Assembly: GCA_951406725.2 (NCBI GenBank)
Contig: OX597814.1
Location: 128,154,001-128,218,000, forward strand
DNA from: Octopus vulgaris
Taxonomy: Eukaryota
Length of the DNA stretch: 64,000 bases
Direction of reading: 5' to 3'
A program made the position numbers and the translations under genes. Below the pieces are notes generated by a model. The model did no database searches and had not been told where the DNA came from. It worked only from the letters and a program-made list of their open reading frames with translations. Shown here piece after piece: positions 27,190 through 40,736 of the stretch (its first letter is position 1; every line of letters begins with the position of its first letter).

Positions 27190-28200
27190 ACCTATTTCTT
27201 TACTACCCACAAGGGGCTAAACACAGAGAGGGCAAACAAGGACAGACAAACGGATTAAGTCGATTATATTGACCCAGAGCATAACCGGTACTTATTTAAT
27301 CAACCCCAAAAGGATGAAAGGCAAATTCGACCTTGGCGGAATTTGAACTCAGAATGTAGCAGCAGACGAAATGCCGCAAAGCATTTTGCCTGGCGTGCTA
27401 ACGTTTCTGCCAGCTCCCCTCTACATACCTTTGACTTCTGTCTCTGTCCCTGTGCATCCTCCTCTCACTTCACATCACCTCACTATTTCTCACATATCTA
27501 CTATTGTATTACATTGTTGCTCTTCACACCTACGTTTTTTACTGCCACCTATCAACTCCTACTCTTGGACCCTCCTCGTCCCAAACTGATATTCCCTATT
27601 CATCATGTCTCCACCTCTGTTCACAATTCACTGCACTCACTTCTTACCCCTCTCTAACCATCTGTCACCCTCCATTCAAAATCTCATGAATTTAATTACC
27701 CATCCACCCATCCTGATCCTTTGTCCCTGAGGTTATGCTCCGAATCATCTTTTCTCACTTTCCAGCTAGGGTACCCTTGTTTTCCCTCTACAGCAAGACA
27801 CCTGTTCCTTATTTCTTTATTGCCCACAAGAGGCTAAACATAGAGGGGACAAACAAGGACAGACAAAGGGACAGACAAACAAGGACAGACAAACCTGAAA
27901 GGATGAAAGGCAAAGTTGGCCTCGGCAGAATTTGAACTCAGAACGTAACGGCAGACGAAATACCTATTTCTTTACTACCCACAAGGGGCTAAACACAGAG
28001 GGTACAAACAAGGACAGACAAACAGATTAAGTCGATTACATCGACCCCAGTGCGTAACTGGTACTTAATTCATCGACCCCGAAAGGATGAAAGGCAAAGT
28101 CGACCTTGGCAGAATTTGAACTCAGAACATAACGGCAGACAAAATAAGGCTACACATTTTGCCCGGCATGCTAACATTTCTGTCAGCTGGCTGCCGTATC
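27190..28200 (-). mobile_element. SINE family B copies (27190-27420 single; 27810-28200 tandem)
   Basis: Family match; cccctctacatacct flanks the first copy on both sides. Confidence 0.85.
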
Positions 28201-28619
28201 CAGCAAAGCACCTGTTCCTGTCCTTCTAGCCTCTCAACACCTGGCATAAAGCCACTTTCCCCTATGCTACACTGCCATTCAGCCAAAGTATCTTGTGCTG
28301 CAAGTTGGTGAAATTACTAGTGCTGGTGCCACATAGAAAGTACTCAGTCCACTCTAAAATGGTTGGCATTAAGAAGGACACCTAGCTATAGAAACCATGC
28401 CAAAGCAGACACTGGAGCTTGATACAAATCTCTGGCTTGTCAGATCCTGTGGGGTCATCCAACTCATGTTATCATGGAAGACAGATGGTAAACATTAATG
28501 ACATGTAAGCACATGGTATTTTGTTATGCAAGCATAATATGCTACTAAGTATATTAAACGTTTTTATTAGTCAATACAATGTTCTACTGTGTTAGCAGTA
28601 CACTTAAATCATGTGTTAA

Positions 28620-28810
28620 GATCATCTCTATTGATTTTTTATAGAAACTATGACCAGCACTGATTTTGTTATGACATTTCATATCCAATACATCAGATGT
28701 AAACAAACAATGAGATTTTCATCTTTAATCTCATAGTTTGTTTACATTTGGTGTTGTAGATATGAAATGTAACAAAATTAGTGCAGGTAATAATTTTTAT
28801 AGAAAATGAT
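28620..28810. repeat. Foldback / MITE-like inverted repeat
   Basis: Arms such as catttcatatc...atgtaaacaaac / gtttgtttacat...gatatgaaatg. Confidence 0.75.
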
Positions 28811-28883
28811 GATGAATAAGATATTACATATATATATGTATACATCAATTTATGCATTTATCTTTATGTACCTGTCTCTCTTC

Positions 28884-28915
<32 letters not shown>

Positions 28916-29384
28916 TTACCTATCTACACACACACACACACACACACAAATACACACGCACACACAAATACACACACACAAATACACACACATATATAGA
29001 GAGAGACACACACAGACAGACAGATAGATAGCCAGCTAGCTAGATAGACAGACAGATAGATAGATATAATACTAACTAGATATTACATACAATATATATA
29101 CATATATAAATATATCATCATCGTCGTCATTGTTTAATGTCTGCCTTCCATGCTATATATATAAAGAAATATATATTAAGTTGGTGCATAATTATTGTAG
29201 CTTTTTTTCAACTAATTTTCTTCAACAAAAAGAATAACAACATTTAACAAAAACATCTTTAAATGATTATTCTGGAGCATATTCACTATCTACTTCAATT
29301 ACTGCTTGGCGTTTTGTTCTACTCAAGCATAGCATATTTCCAAAGGTCTCAGTCAGTTGTCATTGCCTCCATTCATATATCAAC

Positions 29385-30610
<1,226 letters not shown>

Positions 30611-30934
30611 TATATATATATATATACACACCCACATACACATACATATAAGAGTAACAAATCTAATTCATAATAACATGAAGAACCATCTATATATGTT
30701 ACATTAAATATCAACAGAATTATTCAAAGTTATACTTGTCTTGAAAAGAGACTTAATGCAGTAGAATTGTGTCAATGACCAGTTAGTAATGTACAACAAT
30801 ATTTGTAGACACACAGTATATAATATCATTCCTAATTAAAACGAAAGTGAACAGAACATTAATTATATGTGCTTGTTTTACAATATAATTGTAAGATAAC
30901 TATCATTAGCAAGCATTGATAATTAAAACTCAAC

Positions 30935-31046
30935 CTTAATGCCTCAATAAAGAAATCCACTCTCATTTTCAATATTCGATACTCTGACAGTTTTAAATAC
31001 TTCAATCTGGGTTTCAGATGACTTATTCTTCTTCTGTTCAGCTTTT
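30935..31046 (-). CDS. RGS-like gene coding exon 4 (KLNRRRISHLKPRLKYLKLSEYRILKMRVDFFIEAL)
   Basis: tttattccag acceptor, gttgag donor, phase 1/2; DFFIE resembles the RGS 'FWxE' helix. Confidence 0.7.
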
Positions 31047-31732
31047 CTGGAATAAACAAACAAATTAATCATAACTTCATCTCTTTGTATTATGGCAGTG
31101 TCAACTAAACTTAGCTTCCTATGGCTGAAAATGAGTTTTTCTCATATGATGTAATTTGTGGAAAATAAATCTACTTGTTTTTTTTTACGGAGATGTACTT
31201 GCATAGCAAGTGATTTGATCTGAGATCGTGTGCTGAAACAAAAACAATTGCAGCGTGGAAGGTGTTTGTAAGCCATTTAAGAAACACACAAAAGCTGTTC
31301 GATTCACTTCAACATTTAAGTTTAATTTGTCAAAATTTTCATTCGATTCACTTCAACATTTAAGTTTAATTTGTCAAAATTTTGACAAATTAAACTTAAA
31401 TGTTGAAGTGAATCGAACGGCTTTTGTGTGTTTCTTAAATGGCTTACAAACACCTTCCACGCTGCAATTCTATTTGTAATTGATTTCAAATTTTGGCACA
31501 AGGCCAGCAAGTTGGGGAAAGGGATGAGTTGATTACAGTGGCCCCACTTATTCTATTGACCCTCAAAGGATAAAAGGCAAAGCCAACCTAGTTGTGAATT
31601 GAACTCAGAACATTAAGACAGATGAAATGCTGCTAATGATTTTTGCCTCGTGTGCCAATGATTCAGCCACTTCACTGCCTTGAATCTACTAATAATTAAG
31701 AATAATAATGCCTAGTTATAGGAGGTTAATAC

Positions 31733-32231
31733 TTAACCCTTTCGTTACCGTATTTATTTTGAGATGCTCTGTGTTTCTTTCAGTTATTTAAAATATAACA
31801 AAGAATTTAGGCACTTAACTTAGTTATCAAATAGAAAATTACTATTTGTAAATCTCTCAATGAGAGATACTCAGCAACAGTACTCTAGAGTAAAAATTAT
31901 TTGCCAACATAAAATGGCAGTCCTGGTTTAGGATGAATATTGCTGTAATATAGCCCCAGGATTGTCTCCAGCTGGCTATACACAGATCATGTTGTATAGC
32001 CAGCTGGAGATGATGTCTCCTGGGGCTAAATTACAGCAACATTCGTCCTAAACCAGGACTGCTATGTTATGTTGGCAAATAATCTTAAATTAGTTATCAT
32101 TTAGCTAGTGTTAGGAACATATATTGTGACTAAGGTTTGGTGGAAGATTTTAATTCAAAATTTAGGAAAACAAGACATTGGGACTACAGAGCCAGATCAG
32201 GTTTCAGCCAAGTTTGTAACGAAAGGGTTAA
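31733..32231. mobile_element. piggyBac-type MITE carrying a nested foldback (31897-32083); related copies near 4360-4835 and 8580-9240
   Basis: TTAA|CCCTTTCGTTAC ... GTAACGAAAGGG|TTAA. Confidence 0.8.
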
Positions 32232-32973
32232 GTCAACCATTAGGTAAAGAACCTGCAATCTTAAGACCAGATTAGGATCATTTGTTAGGCTCATTTGACC
32301 TGTGTAAATTCCACAGAATGGAAAAATTAAGATGACCTATTTAAGAAAGAAAGGATGATTTGCATTTTTATAGCACTTTATTGAGGCTTTCTTTAAATAT
32401 TTTTGACATGTGTCTACATTAATTTCCTCATGTCTCCGTTGATGTTGTCGTTTTCTTTTTTTTTTTTCTTAATTATATCTTTTTGCAGTTCCTCTCTGGT
32501 CTGTACTCTATATCTGCACATCCTTTTTCAGGCATCTTTCAACCATATTTCTTGTGAATCCAAAGTTTAGGCTAAATTAACCCTTATAAACAAATATAAA
32601 TTTTTTAAGCGGGCAGACAATAAATAGTTGCACTTATGCATATGGAAAACAAGACATTGGGACTACAGAGCCATATGTGATGGTCACTATTAAAAAAATC
32701 AGTTCAAGAAAACAATATCAACACAGCACCACCACTGTTATCTGCCTCTCTCTCTCTCTCTCTCATTCTTTGCCTCTAACTAACTAATGTATAATGAGCA
32801 AACAAACAAGCAGATTTCTACTGGGCTTTGCAAAAGTCCTTTTACTCTTGGTCCTGGCCCTTTTGAGAGGTTTACATGTGTGATTAAAGAAGTGCCATCA
32901 AACGTACTTGAAGTTCTGCTTTTCCAGCACATGTCATTAAAATGTCTTTTCCATTGTGTACAGGTGTATTAAG

Positions 32974-33356
32974 ATGAAAGCAAAGGGAATCGAGATCTCT
33001 GCTTTCCTGCACGCAGGCCACAACAAGTCCAATATCACCAAGCAACTCAACGTCAGCTAGTTGACTGTCCACAGAGTCGTGGAGTGGCTCAAGAATGGGA
33101 AAGCCCTCAAAGATCAACCTCAAGTTGTCAACCTCAAGATTGTAAGAAAGGCCTTCGAAAGTGATCCGAAACTCAAAATGATCTTCATTGCCATAGTTTC
33201 CAGGGCTATCAAGAAGGAAGGAGGGCTAATAAGAGATTGAGGTGTGTGTAAAGGCATCTACTCACCAACCGTATGCAAGAATGTTGGGAGTGCTGTCATC
33301 ACCTTCTCAACTACTAGAAGTGTCATGGCAATCAAAATCTCATTTTTTCTGATGAA
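32974..33356 (+). mobile_element. Degraded Tc1/maT-like transposase N-terminal fragment
   Basis: MKAKGIEISAFLHAGH...KQLNVS.LTVHRV...FSDE. Confidence 0.6.
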
Positions 33357-34071
33357 GTATTTTGAAAAATAAACTGGCTATTGATAAGGAAACTTCTATA
33401 TTGAAGAAGGGATTGGACCAAATAATTTTGCTTGTGCTTTTTGTTTATTGTGGGTGTGATACTATTTATATAATGTGCTTTTTCCTGGTAATGCTGTTAT
33501 GAAGAGCTTCATTATATGGAATGTAATGATTATTGACTATTTGTTCATTTGAAGCTAAAGAAAGAAGTCTCAATGACATGTGTTTGATTAAGTTTCTAAA
33601 TATATTTTTAGCATGATTTATAATCATATTTTGGGGTTGGCTGCTTACACTGAACATTTTTGTTTTCTTTTTTAATAGGGTTTATAAATAAAGGATTCAT
33701 ATTCTAGGCTAACATTGAGAAAGTTAACTGATTTAAGACCTATTGCTACAATAATGAAGAATCTTAGGTTTTGGAAGAAGAGATGTAATTCCTTCCCAAT
33801 TAATCAGTTTTTTGTGGGTTGAAGTCTCTCTGGAGGCATAGAGCATCATTTCTGCAGAGACCACCAAAAACAAAAGGAACTTTTATGCGTGGTACTGATA
33901 ATATATATGGGCCAACAATATCGCTTACCTCAGTGGAGTCCTTTGATCCTATGATAATATCAAATGGTTCTTTATAATCTGTTGTGTCCGGGGAGAGTCA
34001 TTTTCTTTTTGTGCCTTTTAATGTAACACACTCACCGGTAAAATTTCCACTTATTTCTTATTTTTATTTTC

Positions 34072-34108
34072 CTAAAATTTTCGTTGCGTCTTGCAACCTT
34101 TTCAATAG
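34072..34108 (-). ncRNA. Minimal hammerhead-like motif, U3-A8 core variant
   Basis: CUA UUGAAAA G GUUGC aagac GCAAC GAA AAUU U UAG; stem I only 3 bp. Confidence 0.5.
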
Positions 34109-34798
34109 TTTTGACTCTCTTTATAAGAGAGTTCTTTATAAGTTTTCTTAGAAGGTAATTACTGACTTGTAGTATTATTTCTGTTTCACTGTCAATGTTG
34201 GTTACTATCATTTTAGCAATGTTCAAAGTGGCTGTAAGTATTGGTATTGCAGTGTAATAACCTTTGGTGTTGCACTGTATGCGTATACACACCCAGGATA
34301 CACTACACTGTAAATTGTAGAACCTTAAGAAGGATATCAAGCTGTCTAAAACCATGCCAAAGGTGACACTTGAGCTCAACGTCATCCTATAGCTTGCCAG
34401 ATCCTGTCAAACCGTCTAACCCATGCCAGCGAACAAAATGAATGTTAAATGGTGGTGGTGGAGGTAGTGATGATGATGATGATAACATTGACATAAAAGT
34501 TATAAGATTAAACCTGGTCAATCTCATAACATTGTACCTCTGGGTAAGTGCAAATCAACTGAGAGAATTATAGTATTACTTGAGCCATTATAGAGTGCTT
34601 AATAGAACCCTACTATAAATGGTCAATGGTAGAACCTACATCATTTAGTTACCAAACCTCCTTAATACACATATACTTTATAAAGAGCCATAGTAGTGAA
34701 CTGTTGTATAATTGTGCAACTTTTGAGTAAAATTTAATTGAATATGTAGTGCAACTTAAATTATCAGGAATTAGTATTTTAAAATAGATTTTACCGAC

Positions 34799-34932
34799 CT
34801 TCAGTTATTTCTTGAATATCACGTAGTTGTTCTTGGTATAAGCATTCTATATAGTCTGAGAGTGTAGAAGATAGACCGTGTTTTCTGATTTCAGTAAGCA
34901 AATAACCCATTTTCCTAAGAATGTTACTACCA
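34799..34932 (-). CDS. RGS-like gene coding exon 3 (GSNILRKMGYLLTEIRKHGLSSTLSDYIECLYQEQLRDIQEITE)
   Basis: Polypyrimidine tract then ttagtcag acceptor; donor gtcggt. Alternative AG and GT sites lie 4 nt away at both ends, so the borders are uncertain. Confidence 0.65.
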
Positions 34933-36123
34933 CTGACTAAAAAGCAGAGAAAAAAAATAATGGAATGGAAAAGAAAACTAGTGATATGAAAAAGATATTT
35001 CAGTGAGAACATTGAAAAATTAATGTTTTGAAATATTTAAAAGATGAGTGGAAAGGTATTTAATTCTATTGTGTAAATTAATAATAAATATTGAGTTTGA
35101 TCCCATATACAACAGATTGGCTTTCATTTGTTGCTTTTCTTTTCCTTGTTTCAGTCACTGGGTTGTGACCATACTAGAGTACAGCCTTGAAGAGTTTAAT
35201 TGAACAAATTGATCCCACTAATTATTATTAATTATTATTTTAAGTCTTTTATTTATACTGAATCAATAAATTATGTGGCTATTAACAAACCAGCACTATT
35301 TATCCAGTGGCAGTGGGTGGGGGCGAACACAAACACAAAGATGCACAAACATACACACACACACACATAATATATATATGTGTTGTTGTCTATTCCTTCT
35401 TGAGCCATGCCTGGTTCATAAGTTTCCCAGTTTCATTGGGGTATAGGTTCCCCACCTGAACAAGACATCGGTCTGTCGCAGGTGAGCTGCTAGATGCAGG
35501 AGGAAAGAGTGAGAGAAAGTTGTGGCAAAAGAGTCAGCAGAAATTTGCCATTACCTTCTGCCAGAGCAGCGTGGAACTTTGGTGCTTTGCTCATAAACAC
35601 ACACACATCACCTGGTCTGAGATTCAAACCTGCAATCTCTCAACTGCGAGTCCACTGCTTTAACTTCTAGTCCATGTGCCTCCACTGTATATGTGTGAAT
35701 GTTATGTATGTGTGTGAGAGCTGAATCATTGGTGTAACTATGATGTTCTGGTGATCTGATGAGCCAGCTTTCTTTATTTGCATAGATTTGTGAATATACA
35801 ACTGTATTGTATAATGCATAGCATGCATACTAAGGCAAACATGTAAACATAATTGTTACTACATGAAGAAGGCTGTGAAATGGCTGTAATTCTAAGGATG
35901 TCAAATAGTTAAATAAATATATTTATCTTTCATACCTCCCGATTTTTTATGTTATATAAACTGCTCATGAAGTAATTGATTGGATTTCCTGGATTCCAGC
36001 AGTATGGACACACTGCACTACACTTCTCTGTATTGGATTACAATGTGGTCAGATAACCAACACCATTGGAGGAGCTTTCTGGGATAGCCACATAATTGTC
36101 TGAATCTACATTATATACTAAAA

Positions 36124-36161
<38 letters not shown>

Positions 36162-37327
36162 CACAGGCTTCCACATGATTAATGTCTACCAAATTCCCCT
36201 GCAAGGCATTGGTTGTTCTAGGGTTATAGTAAAAGACACTTGCCTAAAGTGACATGCAGAAAGACAGAACTTGGAATCACCACATGGTTGCAAAGCAAGC
36301 TTCTAAACCATACATTAAGTTGTTTTGAGGAAATTTTAATAACATTTGAATAATTAATAATTGAATTATGTTCAGCTCTTTTTTTTCTATTATTTGCTGG
36401 GACTGAAGGATGAAACAATACCCATGGCTTTTGCAAGCAGTAAGATTGAGCCATTTATATTCTGAACTTTTGCAATAAATCAAAATAATGTTATCTGTAC
36501 CTTAATTCCTAAATTTGATACCCATAACACTAATTACAACACTTGCAAAGGCACGTGGTTTAGTGGTTAAGGTGTTAGACTTATGATAGGTAGATTGTGG
36601 TTTCGATTCCTGGTCCAGGAGACATGTTGGGTTCTTGAGCAAAACACTTCATTTCACATTACTCCAGTCCACTCAGCTGGTAAAAATGAGTAATCCTGCA
36701 ATAGATCAGCGCCCCATCCAGGTGAGGAATTTATAAGTCATGGAAACCAGGAAACCGGTACTTATGATTTGACATGACATAAGAAGGTAACCTTTTACTT
36801 ATTCAACACTAATATTTATCTAAAACACAATTCTAATGCCATACACTTTAATATAAACATTATGTGTAGGTATGACACTGATATCTGTACAGGTGACTTT
36901 AATATATGTTCTAGGTAAAAAAAAAACAAAAACAGGTAATAAAATGGATAAAGCAAGGGTCAAGAACAACATCACACTGAGGGGTAAAAGCAACACATTG
37001 ACAATAAACACCATTTTACTAAAAGTTATATAATGCTAAAAAAAAACCCTGATTTTTTTCTTTCCTATAATCAAAGCAACAACATCACTTTCTCTATTTC
37101 CCACCTCTCAGATGATAGGCAAGGCCCACAGAATGTTAGATTATTTGTGTTCATGGCCACTGAGCTTATCAATTTCTTCTATGATCTCTCCTATGAACAA
37201 ATTGGTGCCAACATAGATCATTACCAGTTTCCTTGAATTCTGGGTTTTACCCCAACATACATGAAAGGTCACTGACTGAACCTTTATAGAAAGGTCAACA
37301 AATCCTTTATGACAAATCTTAATTTAC

Positions 37328-37429
37328 CAACTTTTCCTCATTGCTCTTTTGAAGGACATTAGGAGTTCAAATTTTGGTCGCTTCTGAGATTGTTCGGATT
37401 GGCGGAAAGTTTCTTCATATTTCCGGAAC
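37328..37429 (-). CDS. RGS-like gene coding exon 2 (FRKYEETFRQSEQSQKRPKFELLMSFKRAMRKS)
   Basis: tttgatcag acceptor, gtaaat donor, only one open frame, phase 2/2. Confidence 0.65.
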
Positions 37430-37974
37430 CTGATCAAACAAAAACCATTATTACAAGCATAGTTTCAGATCATAAAACTAGTGGTAAATTAAATTGAAAT
37501 AAAAATGCATTCTCTACTGAAATCTACCAGTTTTAATTAAAACTGTAAATGTAGTCAAATTTAAATCAGACAAGGTGTAGAACACCATCATACTTTAATG
37601 TGGGTTCACTAATCTTACCAGTTATATTCTAAGGCTTTAAGGACTATAGGGTAGGCTGCTTTCAAGAATGGTATAGTCACATATTCACTTGTAGACAATA
37701 GATCAATTATTCTGTCCGAACACTGCAAGGCATCCCCTGTAAAATGATAATAACAAAGAGCTGTCTAAGCCTTTTAAGGATTTGTTTTTATCAACCTTAG
37801 CATGGCCACAGCCTAATGACTAAAACAAATAAAGAATAAAAAAGGAAATGAAGCCAGAAAGGCAGAGAGAGACATATTGGGGCAATATTACTGCCTTAAG
37901 TAAAAAGCTATTTTTGTAACTAATTTTTTGTAACTATTTTTTCTAGATTTATCTTTCTTCGGGTGCTGGTGTGT

Positions 37975-38580
37975 TGAGAGAAAAGTTAGACATAAGAGAA
38001 ATTAGATACAGCACGCAAGAGAGAAACCTGCACTGGTTTGGTCATGTGATGCAGATGGATGTTGACAGCTTTATAAAGAAGTGCTGATCACTCAAAGTAG
38101 ATGGAACTGGTGGAAAAGGGAAAACCTAGGAAAACATGGGGCAAAATACAGAAGGATGGTCTCAGGACACTGAATCTCATGGAGGAGATGATGAAGAACT
38201 GAGATATCTTGCACCATGTTGGACTCAAGAAGACCCATCCTCCACAGTAGAAATATTAATACCAATCCTCCTGATGAAGAAGACTGGTCTACAAGAGCCC
38301 TGTGCCAGTGCCACCTAAAAGGCACCCCTTCTAGCGCCATGTAAAATGTATCCATGTTAGCATTATGTAATAGTGCCTGTGCCAGTGTGATGCAAAAGCG
38401 CCCCATGCTAGATGTCCTTCCTAATGCCAACCACTCTGTAAAGTGGTTGGCATTAGGAAGGGCATCCAGCCATAGCAACCATGCCAAATCAGGCTGGAAC
38501 CTGGTGCAGCTCTCCTACTTGCTAGCTCTAGTAAAACTGTTCGACCCATACCAGCATCGAAAATGGATGTTAAAGGCTGA
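37975..38580 (+). mobile_element. Old RTE LINE 3' fragment
   Basis: LREKL...WFGHVMQM...GKPRKTW followed by the 3'UTR motif ggttggcattaggaagggcatccagc and a GAT tail. Confidence 0.75.
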
Positions 38581-38952
38581 TGATGATGATCTTGATGATG
38601 AAGATGATGATAATGATGATGATGGTGGTGGCGGCGGCGGTGGTGATGTTGATGATGATGATGATGATGATGATGATTAAACTAATCTTTGAAACAGCCA
38701 CAAGTTCTGGAGAAAATTCTCGGCGACATTTCCCAGTTGTTTCTTGCGATGCAAAAAAAAAAAATACCATTGTCTGATAAAACCAACTAACACAATTTGA
38801 TAATATTGAATTAGCGGTCTTAATTAATCATCTCACTGATAGTCGTGGTAATTTCTCACAAGTTAACATTATTGATAGCAACAACTAAAATAGTTTATTA
38901 CAACTGGTACATCAGAGACTATAGTAACAAAAGTAGGAAACAAAGAAGTTAA

Positions 38953-39342
38953 TCTCTCTCTATATAAAGCTGAAGTTGTCTGTGTATGGCAGCTTTGGTA
39001 GCCTTCAACTAACACTATCTCCTCTGAGACCCTGTGGTGCAAGTTGACTTAAATTCAGAGTATGATAGAAGAAGGCTTGCTCTTCCTTCCGTAGAAGAAA
39101 AATTCAAATCGGACCATGTTAACACCAAAAATTATTTACATCAATAGGGTGCTTTTTTCTCTGAAAATCCCTATTTTTTACGATTTTTTGACTGCTGTAT
39201 TGCCACTTTTCAGTGTATTTCAACTAGAAAAATGTTCACTTAAAGAGAATAACAAGCTACATAATGCGAAATTTTTACTTTTCAAAAATTCCAATTCTAA
39301 AGGGTCGAAACAAGCCCAAGCAACGCCGGGCGATACTGTTAG
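38953..39342 (+). mobile_element. Non-autonomous Helitron
   Basis: A|TC...TATATAAA start, subterminal hairpin gcccaagcaacgccgggc, TTAG|T end. Confidence 0.7.
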
Positions 39343-39696
39343 TAAATGTATACAATTAAAACAAAACACTTCATGGCTAGATGTAGTTTTGAATGCTAAT
39401 TGCAATATGAAGAAACTGAATTTAGATTTCTTTTTAATGTTCAATAACTGACCAGAAACAGAAATAAGTATTTCTTTTGATTCAACCATGGGTACTGGAT
39501 GACAAAGAGGTGCGTGCTCGCAGTGAAAGGTACTACTGGTAGAAATGTTGCAACAAGTGTCAAAATGAATGAGAATGAGAGCTTATGGCTAACATGAAAC
39601 AGGATTGGGAAACATGAAAATGTTGCAATAAAGGAAGTTCCAATTAGTATACATTAACCAATTTCAAAGAAACACATGCACACACACACACATTAT

Positions 39697-40090
39697 GCAG
39701 GACTGGCTGTGTAGTAAGTAGTTTGCTTACCAACCACATGGTTCCAGGTTCAGTCCCACTGCGTGGCACCTTGGGCAAGTATCTTCTACTATAGCCTCGG
39801 GCCGACCAAAACCTTGTGAGTGGATTTGGTAGATGGAAACTGAAAGAATCCCATCGTATATATGTATGTGTGTATATATGTTTGTGTGTCTGTGTTTGTC
39901 CCCCCAACATCGCTTGACAATGTTGACGATGCTGGTGTGTTTACATTCGCGTAACTTAGCGGTTTGGCTAAAGAGACTGATACAATAAGTACTAGGCTTA
40001 CAAAGAATAAGTCCTGGGGTCGATTTGGTCGACTAAAGGCAGTGCTCCAGCATGGCCACAGTCAAATGACTGAAACAAGTAAAAGAAAAG
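39697..40090 (+). mobile_element. tRNA-derived SINE family A
   Basis: Full-length match to 22865-23230. Confidence 0.85.
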
Positions 40091-40309
40091 AATATATATA
40101 TATATATATATATGTATATATCCCCACCACATATAACTCCCTCAGCCAACACTACTGGTCAAATAGTCACTGTCCCCACTTACTGTCATGCGCATCTAAT
40201 GAAGGAATCTACTAACATGTAGAAATATATACAAGTCACTAAAATGTAAGCCTATAGACTTTAACAAACTTTTTTCCTCTTTCATTTTCTTTGCCTTACT
40301 TTACCCTCT

Positions 40310-40394
40310 AATCATTCTGAAGATGTCTATTAAATGTAACGAGGTAAATGTAAATTTACTCCAATTTAATAAACAGAAACAGCTGTAAATGGTT
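40310..40394 (+). ncRNA. Type I hammerhead ribozyme motif, canonical core
   Basis: Stem I aatcatt/aatggtt, CUGAAGA, long stem II, GAAA, palindromic helix III ACAGCUGU, GUA site (cleavage after 40387). Confidence 0.75.
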
Positions 40395-40471
40395 CCAGAT
40401 CCTATTAAACAATGACTTTTAAACACCAATGATCCACTTCTCATTGTTAATTATTGCTCCATTTCTTATCT

Positions 40472-40543
<72 letters not shown>

Positions 40544-40736
40544 CAGCAGACCTGCTGTGTGTAGCAGAAGAAACTGCAAAGGACATAAATGTTCTTATAG
40601 GTTAACAGCCTTTTCCATCACAGTTTCCCCATTTAATAATTTGTTACTATTTATACATGTATGTTCTACACAATCATTTATTAAAGCATTAAGATATTAA
40701 ACCTATTTGTTTATTTTTATTTGAAATAATTACAAT

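Noticed and set aside
33349-33356. CTGATGA motif (also at 29990, 35756, 38271)
   Set aside because: No stem II or GAAA; here it encodes transposase FSDE
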